Source: an uncultured Chloroflexia bacterium (GTDB lineage: Bacteria; Chloroflexota; Limnocylindria; Limnocylindrales; CSP1-4). From it: a DNA stretch of 64,000 nucleotides. The translations under genes were made by a program, and so were the position numbers. Each line of letters begins with the position of its first letter. Position 1 is the first letter of the stretch. The DNA lies in the NCBI GenBank assembly GCA_963749735.1, contig CAVVNZ010000003.1:96300-160299 (forward strand), written 5' to 3'. A model generated the notes under the pieces. That model made no database searches, was not told the DNA's origin, and saw only the letters and a list, made by a program, of their open reading frames with translations. This document shows positions 19,483 to 28,517 of the stretch, piece after piece.

Positions 19483-21702
19483 GTGCTCGGGTTCATGGGT
19501 TATGCGATGGGCCTGGTCCGCGACCGGATCTTCGCCCGGACGTTCGGGGCCGGCCCCGAGCTCGACGCCTACAACGCGGCCTTCGTCCTGCCGGAGCTGG
19601 CCCTCGACGTGCTGGTCGCCGGCGGTCTCGTCGCCCCGTTCATCCCCGTGTTCATCGGGCTCCGGACGCAGGCCGACGAGGCCGCCAAGGCGTTCGCCCG
19701 GACGATCCTGACCCTCGCGGTCGTGGTCATGGCGGTCGCGTCGGCGATCCTGTTCGTCCTCGCGCCGCAAACGGTCGCGATCATCGCCCCCGGCTTCTCG
19801 CCGGAGCAGCAGGCGATGTACGTGAACCTGTTCCGGATCATGTGCTTCACGCCCGTGATCTTCGCTGCGTCGATCGTCCTCGGCGAGATCCTCGTGGCCA
19901 ACGGCCGGTTCTTCGCCTATGGTCTTGCGCCGCTGCTCTACAACGGCGGGATCGTCGTGGGAACGGTGCTCCTGTATGGGCAGCTCGGGATCTATGCCGC
20001 GGCGGTCGGCGCCCTCGCCGGAGCCCTGGCCCACCTCGGCGTCCGGCTCGTCGGCATCTACCGGACGCCGTTCCGGCCACGCGTCAGCTTCGCGCTCCGG
20101 GCGAAGGGGGTCGGCGAGTTCATCCGGCTGATGATCCCGAAGATGGTCAGCCATCCGATCGAGCCACTGACCTTCCTGTACTTCACCGCGCTCGCCTCGA
20201 CGCTGGCGCCCGGCTCGGTGAGCTCGGTCAGCTTCGCCCGGAACTTCCAGAGCGTCCCCGTCAGCCTCATCGGCGCGGCGTTCGCGATCTCGGCGTTCCC
20301 GATCATGTCGTCGGCCGCGGCGTCCGGCGATCGGCGTGGCTTTGGCCGGGTCTTCGGGATCAACTTCGCGGTCATCGCGATCCTCACCACGGGCGCGGCC
20401 CTCGTCCTGTTCGTGTTCGGCGGGACCGCGATCCGGATCCTTCTCGGCGGCGGGGCGTTCGAGGAGGACGACATCGCCCGGACGACGACGATCCTGGCCG
20501 TGTTCGCCTTCTCGATCCCGTTCGAGAGCCTGACCCACCTCCTCAGCCGGGCGCTCTACGCGACCCACAACACGATCCTGCCGACGCTCGCCTCGATCGC
20601 GGGCTTCGTGGTCATCGTCATCGCCGGCCAGACGCTGTCCCCGACGATCGGCCTGTCGGCCGTCCCGGCGGCGTTCGCGATCGGGATGGCGGTCAAGGTC
20701 GGGATCCTGGTCGCCGCGCTCGCGCCGCGGATGGCCCGGATCGGCGTCCAGCCGCTGTCGACGCCACGCGACACGCTCGAGGTCCGCGGATCCCCGGTGC
20801 GGCGACGGGCGACGCAGGCGATCGTTGCGGTCGGGCTCGTGCTGCTCGCCGTCGGAACGGTCTACGCGACCGGCAAGGCGCTCAACGACGCGACGCTCGC
20901 GGTCGCGCCGGTGGTGACGCCGTGGGCCCGGGAGCGGCCACCGGCGGCGGTCGTCGCCGTCCCGCCGATCGCCTCGCAGCGGCCGGGGACGTCGGGCTCG
21001 TCCGGTGGTGCGGCCTCGTCGGCCGGTCCGGGCGCGTCGTCGGCCCCGGGCTCTGGCGCCGGTGCTGGTGCGTCATCGGCGCCCGGCGACTCCCCTGCCC
21101 CGACGCCGAGCGGGCCGTTCTCGATGGACCTCTACCAGAAGGGCGACTACGTCGGCGAGTTCCGCGACACGTGGTGCCTCGCGGCGGCGGTCCAGACGTC
21201 GATGAACATCATGGACGACGGCGCCGACACGACGCGGGCGACCCAATCGAAGGTCTTCGACCTCACCCGCTCGCTCGAACCGGCGCCCGACGGCGCGGCC
21301 GAACCCGAGGGGTGGGCACAGGGCCTGACGGAGCTCGGCTACGGGAACTACGAGGTGGACATCCTGCCGTCGATCAAGGCGGCGATCCACACGGCGGCGA
21401 AACAGATCCGGCTGACCAACCGCCCGGCTGGGCTGATGGTCTGGCGCGGCGCCCACTCGTGGGTGATGTCGGGGTTCACCGCCAGCGCGGATCCGGCGTT
21501 GACCGACGACTTCACGGTCTCGACGGTCCGGATCGAGGACGTCTGGTACCCGCGCCTGTCGTCGATCTGGGGCTACTCGCGCGCGCCGGACGCCTCGTAC
21601 AAGGTCAGCGACCTGGACCAGGACTTCCTGCCCTGGAAGCGGCCGCTCGGGACCTACCCCAAGAAGACGGACAACTACGTGATCGTCGTCCCCGTGGAGT
21701 AG
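19483..21702 (+). CDS. murJ: MurJ/MviN-family lipid II flippase with a ~200-aa C-terminal extracytoplasmic domain; true start probably lies upstream near 19380-19430
   Basis: Multi-TM MurJ-like body (RDRIFARTFGAGPELDAYNAAFVLPE...). An extra TM and a Ser/Gly/Ala/Pro-rich linker precede a globular domain containing DTWCLAAAVQTSMNIM. The in-frame sequence upstream of 19483 (PSLIRRGWTLLTSALFRGAIVLSVLGF) looks like TM1, but no canonical start lies after the stop at 19342. Confidence 0.75.
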   Translation: MLGFMGYAMGLVRDRIFARTFGAGPELDAYNAAFVLPELALDVLVAGGLVAPFIPVFIGLRTQADEAAKAFARTILTLAVVVMAVASAILFVLAPQTVAIIAPGFSPEQQAMYVNLFRIMCFTPVIFAASIVLGEILVANGRFFAYGLAPLLYNGGIVVGTVLLYGQLGIYAAAVGALAGALAHLGVRLVGIYRTPFRPRVSFALRAKGVGEFIRLMIPKMVSHPIEPLTFLYFTALASTLAPGSVSSVSFARNFQSVPVSLIGAAFAISAFPIMSSAAASGDRRGFGRVFGINFAVIAILTTGAALVLFVFGGTAIRILLGGGAFEEDDIARTTTILAVFAFSIPFESLTHLLSRALYATHNTILPTLASIAGFVVIVIAGQTLSPTIGLSAVPAAFAIGMAVKVGILVAALAPRMARIGVQPLSTPRDTLEVRGSPVRRRATQAIVAVGLVLLAVGTVYATGKALNDATLAVAPVVTPWARERPPAAVVAVPPIASQRPGTSGSSGGAASSAGPGASSAPGSGAGAGASSAPGDSPAPTPSGPFSMDLYQKGDYVGEFRDTWCLAAAVQTSMNIMDDGADTTRATQSKVFDLTRSLEPAPDGAAEPEGWAQGLTELGYGNYEVDILPSIKAAIHTAAKQIRLTNRPAGLMVWRGAHSWVMSGFTASADPALTDDFTVSTVRIEDVWYPRLSSIWGYSRAPDASYKVSDLDQDFLPWKRPLGTYPKKTDNYVIVVPVE

Positions 21703-21741
21703 GTCGGCCCGGGCGGCCGGATCAGTCGAGCAGGCGCGGGG

Positions 21742-22551
21742 TCAGCCGGCGGTCGACGGCTCGATGGCGGGGTGGTCGGATGCGCCGTTCTTGGCGATGG
21801 TGGTCATCGTCGTCGGGATGGCGGCCTCACCCTCCACCTTGTCGAAATGCGCGCTGCGCTCCACGCGCTGCTTGATGCCGAGCATCTGGCGGCGCTCCAT
21901 GACGAAGACGCCGAAGCCGAGCGTCGGCATGAGCACCTTCGTTCCCGGGTTGCCCTTGCCGAACCAGCCGCGGGTCCGCTCGATCAGGCGGGTCCGTCCG
22001 GGACCGGCCGGCTCGAGCACGAACGCCCAGCTGACCTTGAACTCCTGCGGCGAGGCCGCACCGAGGAAGTTGCCCGACGCCGCCAGGCCGGGGGTCTCCG
22101 TTGCGGAGATCGACTCGGCGGGCTTCTTCTGCCAGCCCTCGACGAGGGCGGTGTCGAGGTAGACGACGAGCGCCTTGTTCGGGTCGAGGACCTTGACCTC
22201 GAAGCCGCCGTCCTCGTGGGTCGGGAGCTGGTCGCCCACCTCGAGCTTCTGCAGCTCGGGCAGGATCCGGTCGGCGCTCAAGCCCTTCATGTCGAGGCGG
22301 TCGTAGCTATACCAGCCGGCGCGGCCGTAGCCCATCTGGACGAGCCAGGGCCAGATGCTCTCGGGCGGAGCGTCGATGGTGATGCCGCGGGTCAGCAGGT
22401 TGGTGCCGTCGGGGACGAGCTCGTCGCCGGGAAGCGCCTTGTCCTGCTCGGCGGGGTCGACACCCCACGTCGATGACCATTCGTTGATCCTGCGATAGGC
22501 GCCCCAGGCCGCGAATGCGAGGGTCGAGCCGACGACGATGCGCTTGAGCAT
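21742..22551 (-). CDS. Membrane-anchored SRPBCC/START-like fold protein (hypothetical)
   Basis: Reading from MLKRIVVGSTLAFAAWGAY (TM) into a ~240-aa soluble domain. Intact ORF. Confidence 0.55.
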   Translation of the reverse strand: MLKRIVVGSTLAFAAWGAYRRINEWSSTWGVDPAEQDKALPGDELVPDGTNLLTRGITIDAPPESIWPWLVQMGYGRAGWYSYDRLDMKGLSADRILPELQKLEVGDQLPTHEDGGFEVKVLDPNKALVVYLDTALVEGWQKKPAESISATETPGLAASGNFLGAASPQEFKVSWAFVLEPAGPGRTRLIERTRGWFGKGNPGTKVLMPTLGFGVFVMERRQMLGIKQRVERSAHFDKVEGEAAIPTTMTTIAKNGASDHPAIEPSTAG

Positions 22552-22620
22552 GGTGAACGTACCTCCACGGTCGAGGGTACCGACGCTCGGCAAGCCGTGG
22601 AAGGGCCGATCGGCCCGATC

Positions 22621-23304
22621 TCAGGCGCCGTCCTCGCCGGTGAGGTCCTTGTCCTCCATCTCCCAGGCATGATCGAGGGTGTGGAAGCCCGAATGGCGGA
22701 TGAGGAACGGGATCGTCCACGACCGCATGGGCTTGGTGTATTCCCCGGCGTTATACGCACGCATCGCCGCGACGTAGCTCTCGCGGTGCTGCTTCAGCCC
22801 TTCCGGGCTGAGCGCGGCCTCCTCCGGGATCCGCAGGCCGACCTGCTTCGCGAAGTCCTCGCTCTCGGTGCGGATGGTGTGGCGGATGATCCGGTCGCGG
22901 TCGCGTCCTCCCCCGCGCGGTCCCTTGCGCATCACCGGCGAGACGCGGGCCGCGACGCCATCGAAGAACGCCCAGCAGGCTCGGAGGAGGGTGATGGCGC
23001 GATCGAAGTCCGGCTCGGCCATCGGCCCGTGCTCGGTCGACGAGGGGGCGAAGGAGATGCCCCAGAAGTCGACCGAACCGGTCCCGACCCTTTCCTCGAC
23101 GATCTCGAGGGGTCCCGCGGCGTCGAACTCAGGTGTCATCCCGGCGAGATCCGCGATCGGCCGGTAGCGCTCGCGATAGGCCTCGAGCGTCTCGACGGCG
23201 AGCTCCCCGCTCTTCGCGCCGCGGCTCCAACCCGGCCAGTCGAGGCTGAACGCCACCGACCGCTTGTCCTTGGGTCCGTGTTCGATGACCGTGCGGACGG
23301 GCAT
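22621..23304 (-). CDS. Hypothetical protein (227 aa; His-rich C-terminal motif HSGFHTLDHAWEMED, possibly a DinB-like helical bundle)
   Basis: Intact ORF. Its promoter region carries three copies of the palindromic motif listed below. Confidence 0.55.
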   Translation of the reverse strand: MPVRTVIEHGPKDKRSVAFSLDWPGWSRGAKSGELAVETLEAYRERYRPIADLAGMTPEFDAAGPLEIVEERVGTGSVDFWGISFAPSSTEHGPMAEPDFDRAITLLRACWAFFDGVAARVSPVMRKGPRGGGRDRDRIIRHTIRTESEDFAKQVGLRIPEEAALSPEGLKQHRESYVAAMRAYNAGEYTKPMRSWTIPFLIRHSGFHTLDHAWEMEDKDLTGEDGA

Positions 23305-23326
23305 GGCTCAGTATCGCATGGGGGTC

Positions 23327-23457
23327 GGTGCGTGATGCGACTCGGTGCATTCGCGTGGGCGTTGCGCTGGCCGCCGGGGTCCTGGTTCCGTGCGTGATGC
23401 GACTCGGTGCATCGCTTGGGCGGGCGTTTGGCGCTCAAGGTGATGCGACGGCCGCAT
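23327..23457. repeat. Three tandem copies of the palindromic motif GTGATGCG-N6-CGCATCAC (23327-23349, 23389-23411, 23439-23457); first two identical over 23 nt (GTGCGTGATGCGACTCGGTGCAT)
   Basis: Read directly from the sequence. Located between the K+ channel 3' end and the 22621..23304 gene start. Confidence 0.7.
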
Positions 23458-23473
23458 CGGCGGTTGGGGGCCC

Positions 23474-24340
23474 TCAGCTCCCTCCGTTACCGAGTGACGC
23501 TCGAAGCGCCGCGATCTCCGCCCGTTGGCCGGCCATCTCGGCCCGAAGGCCCGCCAGCTCCTCGGCGATCGAGCCGGTCGTCGACGTGGCGGCAAGTCCA
23601 GCCTCGGTCTCGGGCTGCAACTCAGGCTGGGACTGGGGCGTCTCCTCGGCCGCAGGCTCGTCGGAGGTCGCCGGCGAAACCAGCAGGCTAGCCAGGATGC
23701 TGGCGAGCGCGCCGATGATCCCGATGCCCGCGAACATGACGAAGACCGCCGTGATCCGCCCGAGCGTGGTCACCGGGTAGTAGTCGCCGTAACCGACGGT
23801 CGTGATCGTGACGATGCCCCACCAGATGGCGTCGCCGCCGGTCGTGATGTTCGCGCCGGGCGAACGGCTCTCCTCCTGAAGGACGAGGATGCTCGCGACC
23901 GACAGCACCATCCCCGCGAGCAGGATCGTGATGAACGTCGCGTACTGGCTGCGGTTCCTGAGCACGTCGAGGACGAGGTCCTTGCCCGCCTGCCCGCCGA
24001 GTAGGCGGGTGATCCGGGTCAGCCGGCTCAGGCGTGCGAGACGCAGCAGGGCCGTGAGCGGGAGGAAGCCAAGGCTCGGGATCGATCCGAGCAGGTCCAG
24101 CCAGCCCCGCTGGGTGATGAAGTACGCACGCCTGGGCTTCGCGCCGCTGAGATTGAAGGCGAAGTCGATCAGGAAGATGACGCAAATGGCGTTGTCGTAC
24201 AGGTTGACCAGGTGATGCGTGTCGTCGTCGAGCGGAAGGATGAGCAGGACCATCAGGGCCAGCGAGTAGATGGTCAGGACCAGGATGAAGATGTTGTAGG
24301 CATTACCGTGCCGACGGAGCACCGGTGCCTTGGCAGTCAT
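23474..24340 (-). CDS. Voltage-gated potassium channel (6TM, KvAP-like)
   Basis: ATG at 24340. The S4 voltage sensor reads RLARLSRLTRITRLL. The pore helix and selectivity filter read TITTVGYGDYYP. Confidence 0.85.
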   Translation of the reverse strand: MTAKAPVLRRHGNAYNIFILVLTIYSLALMVLLILPLDDDTHHLVNLYDNAICVIFLIDFAFNLSGAKPRRAYFITQRGWLDLLGSIPSLGFLPLTALLRLARLSRLTRITRLLGGQAGKDLVLDVLRNRSQYATFITILLAGMVLSVASILVLQEESRSPGANITTGGDAIWWGIVTITTVGYGDYYPVTTLGRITAVFVMFAGIGIIGALASILASLLVSPATSDEPAAEETPQSQPELQPETEAGLAATSTTGSIAEELAGLRAEMAGQRAEIAALRASLGNGGS

Positions 24341-24426
24341 GACCGCTGATCCTCCTCGCGCGACGTGCCCCGGTCGGGACGAGCCCATCCTAGAGACTCG
24401 GCAGACCGCCCACGTCACCGACGCGG

Positions 24427-24550
24427 GTGATGCGCCGAGCCGCATCACGGAGAGGCCGAACCGGCCGGTGCCATCGATGCACCGAGTCGCATCACGGGCA
24501 GAGGTCCACCCGCCGGCGCCACGACCACCCCGATGCGCCGAGTCGCATCA
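24427..24550. repeat. Three further copies of the same palindrome in the K+ channel promoter region (24427-24448 perfect GTGATGCGCCGAGCCGCATCAC; 24476-24495; 24532-24550)
   Basis: Reverse-complement and identical matches to the left-flank copies, read from the sequence. Confidence 0.7.
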
Positions 24551-24588
24551 GCGGGACGCCGGCCCCCGCCGGACGCCGGCCCCGCCCC

Positions 24589-25818
24589 CTAATCCAGCTT
24601 GCCGGCTCGGAAGTCGGTGATCAGCGCCGTGAATTCGGGCACGCCCTGCTCGTAGCCGATCGCCCAGAAGCCGACACCGGCCAGGCCGCGCGCGGTGGCC
24701 AGCCGGACCTTGGGCGTCAGCGTCGCGGGTGAGTCGACGTAGATCGCCAGCCAGCCGGCCGGGCTCGGGTCGGCGGTCGGCGCGCCGCTCTTGTCGACCG
24801 GCATCGTGTAGACCTCGACCTGCTCGATCTCGTCAAGGACCGGCACGATCGTCGGGTCCTGGAGGATGTCGAGGTGGTCGCTCGGGAACCAGGCGACGCC
24901 CTTGCCGGTCTGCGCCGCGGCCACCTCGGGTCCGGTCACCGGCCAGGCCATCCCGTACAGCGGCAGGCCCAGGATCGTCTTCTCCACCGGCACCCCGAGC
25001 GCCTCGTACAGGTCCAGCGACCAGTTGAGGTCCTTCTCGCTCCCGTCGCGGCGGGCGATCGGCGCCGAGGCTCCCGGCGCCGACCCGGAGTAGTGGTAGT
25101 CGTAGCCCATCAGGAAGATGCGGTCGGCCCCGGCCGCACTCGCGGCGGCGGCCATCTCGGCGCCATCGGCGTTGGCGGGCGTGGCGACGGACACCTGGGC
25201 CTCGGGCTGTGCGGCCCGCAGCGCCGTCCGGAGCCGACCGACGAACGCCCCGTAGGCCTGGACGAGGCTGCCGTCGAGCTGCTCGACATCCACATTGACG
25301 CCGTCGGTCTTCGTCTGCCCGACGAGCGTGACCAGGTCCTTGATGACCGCGTCCTGGATCTTGAGCGAGCCGAACAGCCGCTTGTTCTTGGTCGCACCGA
25401 AGCTGCTGAACACCAGCTCGACGCGGGTCCCGCGGTCGTGCGCCTCGGAGATCATCTGCTGACCGAGCGGTCCGGTGATCTTGACGTAGCCCTTCCCAGC
25501 GGTGTCGATCGCCCCGGTCCGCAGGTTCGAGACGGAGAACAGGGCGAGCGTCGTCAGGTTCGTCGCCGCGAGATGGGCGGCGATCCGCTCGTCCATCTCC
25601 CAGTACGGCACGAACCCGAAGACCTCGTGCCCGGGCTTCGGTCGTTGAGTGGCGAAGGGGGTCGGACTGGTGGAGCCGAGTGCCGCCCCGGAGCTCGCGG
25701 AGCCACCCGATGGGGTCCCGGCCGTCGGGCCGATCACGCCGCCGAAAAGCAGCCCACCGAGGACGCCGACGACCGCGAGCGTACCGAGCGCGGCGAGCAG
25801 CCTGCGACGCTGGGTCAT
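24589..25818 (-). CDS. Glycoside hydrolase family 18 (chitinase-like) protein, secreted or membrane-anchored
   Basis: Intact 409-aa ORF with an N-terminal signal/anchor. The GH18 catalytic motif is DGVNVDVEQ (DxxDxDxE). Also present are GFVPYW, MGYDYH, LPLYGMAW and GFWAIG. Confidence 0.85.
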   Translation of the reverse strand: MTQRRRLLAALGTLAVVGVLGGLLFGGVIGPTAGTPSGGSASSGAALGSTSPTPFATQRPKPGHEVFGFVPYWEMDERIAAHLAATNLTTLALFSVSNLRTGAIDTAGKGYVKITGPLGQQMISEAHDRGTRVELVFSSFGATKNKRLFGSLKIQDAVIKDLVTLVGQTKTDGVNVDVEQLDGSLVQAYGAFVGRLRTALRAAQPEAQVSVATPANADGAEMAAAASAAGADRIFLMGYDYHYSGSAPGASAPIARRDGSEKDLNWSLDLYEALGVPVEKTILGLPLYGMAWPVTGPEVAAAQTGKGVAWFPSDHLDILQDPTIVPVLDEIEQVEVYTMPVDKSGAPTADPSPAGWLAIYVDSPATLTPKVRLATARGLAGVGFWAIGYEQGVPEFTALITDFRAGKLD

Positions 25819-25897
25819 CGGCCAAGGGTACCCCGGGGCCGCGAAACGGCCGCGAAACAGCCGCGAGACGCCTCGCGGACGCCGGGAAGACGGCTCC

Positions 25898-27098
25898 TCA
25901 GCGGAGGCGGCGGATCGGGCCGGCCACGGCGACCAGCAGGCTCATCATCACGAGCAGCGCTCCGGCCACGGCCTGCGCCGCCGGCGCGCCGAAGGCCGCC
26001 GCGGCCGCGCCGAGACCGATGAACCCGATCGGCCCGAAGCCGACCCCGAAGACCCAGACACCCATCGACGCTCCGCGCTCATGGTCATCGGTCGCGTGCT
26101 GCAGCAGCGTCTGAGCGAGCGTGTCCACGCCGGCCGCCACCGCGCCGATGACGAACATGAACACGAGCGACACCGGGAACAGCCCGCTCAGGGCGAACCC
26201 GATCAGCAGCAGGCCGAACGCGGCGCCCAGGGCCAGGAGGAGTCGCCCGGACCGGGTGGCGACCCCGACCCGTGTCAGCCGGATGAGCCCGATCACAGCC
26301 CCGATCGATCGCCCGGCGACGAGGACGCCCAGCCCCGCCGCGCCGACGCCGAGCACGTCACGGGCGAAGGTCGGCGTGAGGGTCATGCTCGAGAATCCGA
26401 GCACCTCGGTCACGATGACCATGGCCAGGATCCAGCGGACTTCGCGGTTCCGTCCGAGCAGCGTCAGGGCGGTCCGCGCGCTCGGCGTGAGGCGGTCGAC
26501 GACGAGGCTCCCGGTCGTGCGGGTCCGCACCGAGGACGATCGCGGCGACGAGCCAGCAGGCGGTCGCGACGCCGAACCCGGATCCGAGCCCGCCGGCGGC
26601 GATCAGGATGCCGCCGAGGATCGCCCCGGCCGAGCCGAACAACTGGACCCCGAGGTTGGACATCGCGAGGCCGTTGGTCGCCCGGTCCTTGCCGACCAGG
26701 TCGTAGACGTAGGCCTGCGTCGCGGACGTTCGGGCGGTGTCGATCGTCCCGAACACGAAGCTGAAGAACAGGATCGCCGGGACCCCGAGGTACCCGCCGA
26801 ACGCTAGACCGGCGACGATGAGCCCGGTCGCCGCGGCCGCCAGGTTGACGGCGCGGATGAGGCTCCGGCGGTCGACCCGGTCGCTGGCCGCCCCGAGCGG
26901 GATACCGAGCAGGAGCGAGGGCGCCATGCGGACGGTCATCGTCAGCGCGACCCCGAGCGGCGAGGCGGTGAGCTCGAGCGACGTCCACGACAGGGCGATC
27001 TGGCTGATCGAGGCGGCCAGGCCGGCCAGCGACAGGCTGACCCACAACGCCGGGAACCCGGCGATGCCGAAGATGGCCGGGAGCCTGGCCGCGATCAC
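25898..27098 (-). CDS. MFS transporter, frame disruption near 26500
   Basis: The N-terminal half is track ORF 26358..27098 and the C-terminal half is 25898..26530. There are 12 TM-like hydrophobic segments. Confidence 0.7.
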
Positions 27099-27128
27099 CG
27101 CGAAACGATAGCCCGCCGCGGATGTGGA

Positions 27129-28427
27129 CTACGCGGTGTCGGCGACGTCCGGCACGGCGGTCAACGGGGCGATGAGCTCGACCCGGTTCCGACCGCGGTC
27201 CTTGGCCCGGTAGAGCGCCTCGTCGATCCGATGGAGCCACTGCTCGTCGGTCAGCGCCAGGTCCGGCTGGCCGATCAGGCAGCCGCCCATGCTCACGGTG
27301 ATCCGCCCGTGTGGCGGGTTGCCCGGATGGTCCATCTCGAGGGCCATGACCGCGATCCGCAGGCGCTCCGTGGCGGCGGCGAGTCCCTCGATCGTCGGGA
27401 CCGACAGGACCACGAGGAACTCCTCTCCCCCGAGGCGGTAGACCGCGTCGTTGGCCCGGAGGGTGGTCTGGATCGCCTCGACGACCCGGCACAGGACGGC
27501 GTCCCCGGCCCCGTGCCCGAGCAGGTCGTTGACCTGCTTGAACCGGTCGAGATCGATCTCGACCAGCCCGTAGGTGAAGTTGGAGCGGTTGATGTGGGCG
27601 CGGACGGCGCGCAGGTCCTCGTCGAGCCGGCGCCGGTTGCCCGCGCCGGTGAGCGGGTCGGTCCGGGCGGTCAGCTCGAGCGCGTGATGGACCCGTTCGA
27701 GCTCGACCATGTCGTCGGCGGCCCGGCGCTGCAGGACGCGGATGCTCTCGAGCTGGGCGAAGCTCCGGATCTGCGAGCGCTGGAGCAGGACGTGGCCGGC
27801 CAGGCTGGCCCCGAGCGCGACCAGCAACACGACCACGAGGTCGCTCCGCTCCGATGCCGTGAAGGCGCCGTTCGGATCGAGGACGAAGTAGCCCACGGCC
27901 ACGAAGGTGTAGGCGAACAGCCACAGGACGTGGGTCGCGGTCCGCCACGGCAGGACGAGCGCGACGAGGCCCGGCAGGACGAGCAGGTAGCCGGCGGTCT
28001 GGACGGCAAGCGACGGGACAGCGACCCCGGTCGCGGCGGTCGACGCGGCGACTCCCATCGTCACGATCCAGGCGGCGATCTCGGGATAGCGCCGGAGGCG
28101 CCGGGGCAGGAGCCACCAGCAGACCAGCGACAGGACGATCGTCCCGATGCTGAAGACCATCGCGACGGTCGTCTGCCCGCCCTCGAGGCCGAACAGCGCG
28201 ACGAGATCGAACGTGACCGCCGCCGCCACGACGAGGAACCCGACCCGGCAGGCCGCCCGGACCCGGCGTCGCTGGATGGCGCGGAACCGCGGGCTCAGCC
28301 CGACCCGCTGGTACTCGGAGTCGCGGACGCGGGCCGGCAGCGCCCGGATGGTGTGGAGCAGGGCGACGAAGCGAGACGCGGCGGTGCGGTCCGGCCGGCT
28401 CTCGATCGCGTTCTCACGCGAACTCAT
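27129..28427 (-). CDS. Membrane sensor diguanylate cyclase (GGDEF domain, active-site GGEEF)
   Basis: Intact 432-aa ORF with ~6 TM helices. The motifs are RTDPLTGAGNRR, the DLDRFKQVND region, and YRLGGEEFLVVL. Confidence 0.88.
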   Translation of the reverse strand: MSSRENAIESRPDRTAASRFVALLHTIRALPARVRDSEYQRVGLSPRFRAIQRRRVRAACRVGFLVVAAAVTFDLVALFGLEGGQTTVAMVFSIGTIVLSLVCWWLLPRRLRRYPEIAAWIVTMGVAASTAATGVAVPSLAVQTAGYLLVLPGLVALVLPWRTATHVLWLFAYTFVAVGYFVLDPNGAFTASERSDLVVVLLVALGASLAGHVLLQRSQIRSFAQLESIRVLQRRAADDMVELERVHHALELTARTDPLTGAGNRRRLDEDLRAVRAHINRSNFTYGLVEIDLDRFKQVNDLLGHGAGDAVLCRVVEAIQTTLRANDAVYRLGGEEFLVVLSVPTIEGLAAATERLRIAVMALEMDHPGNPPHGRITVSMGGCLIGQPDLALTDEQWLHRIDEALYRAKDRGRNRVELIAPLTAVPDVADTA

Positions 28428-28517
28428 GGACGGACGCTAGGCCGTTCGCCTCAGCGGGTCCGTGGCCCGTTGGTCCCGAGTCGATGGCCCTATCGGGGCG
28501 CGCCGACGCAGGACCCG

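Noticed and set aside
23327-24550. Possible CRISPR array suggested by the repeated 20-23-nt units
   Set aside because: The units are themselves palindromic and irregularly spaced (40-60 nt and >1 kb). They lie on both sides of a gene in both orientations, and there are no cas genes. They behave like operator or REP-type dyads.
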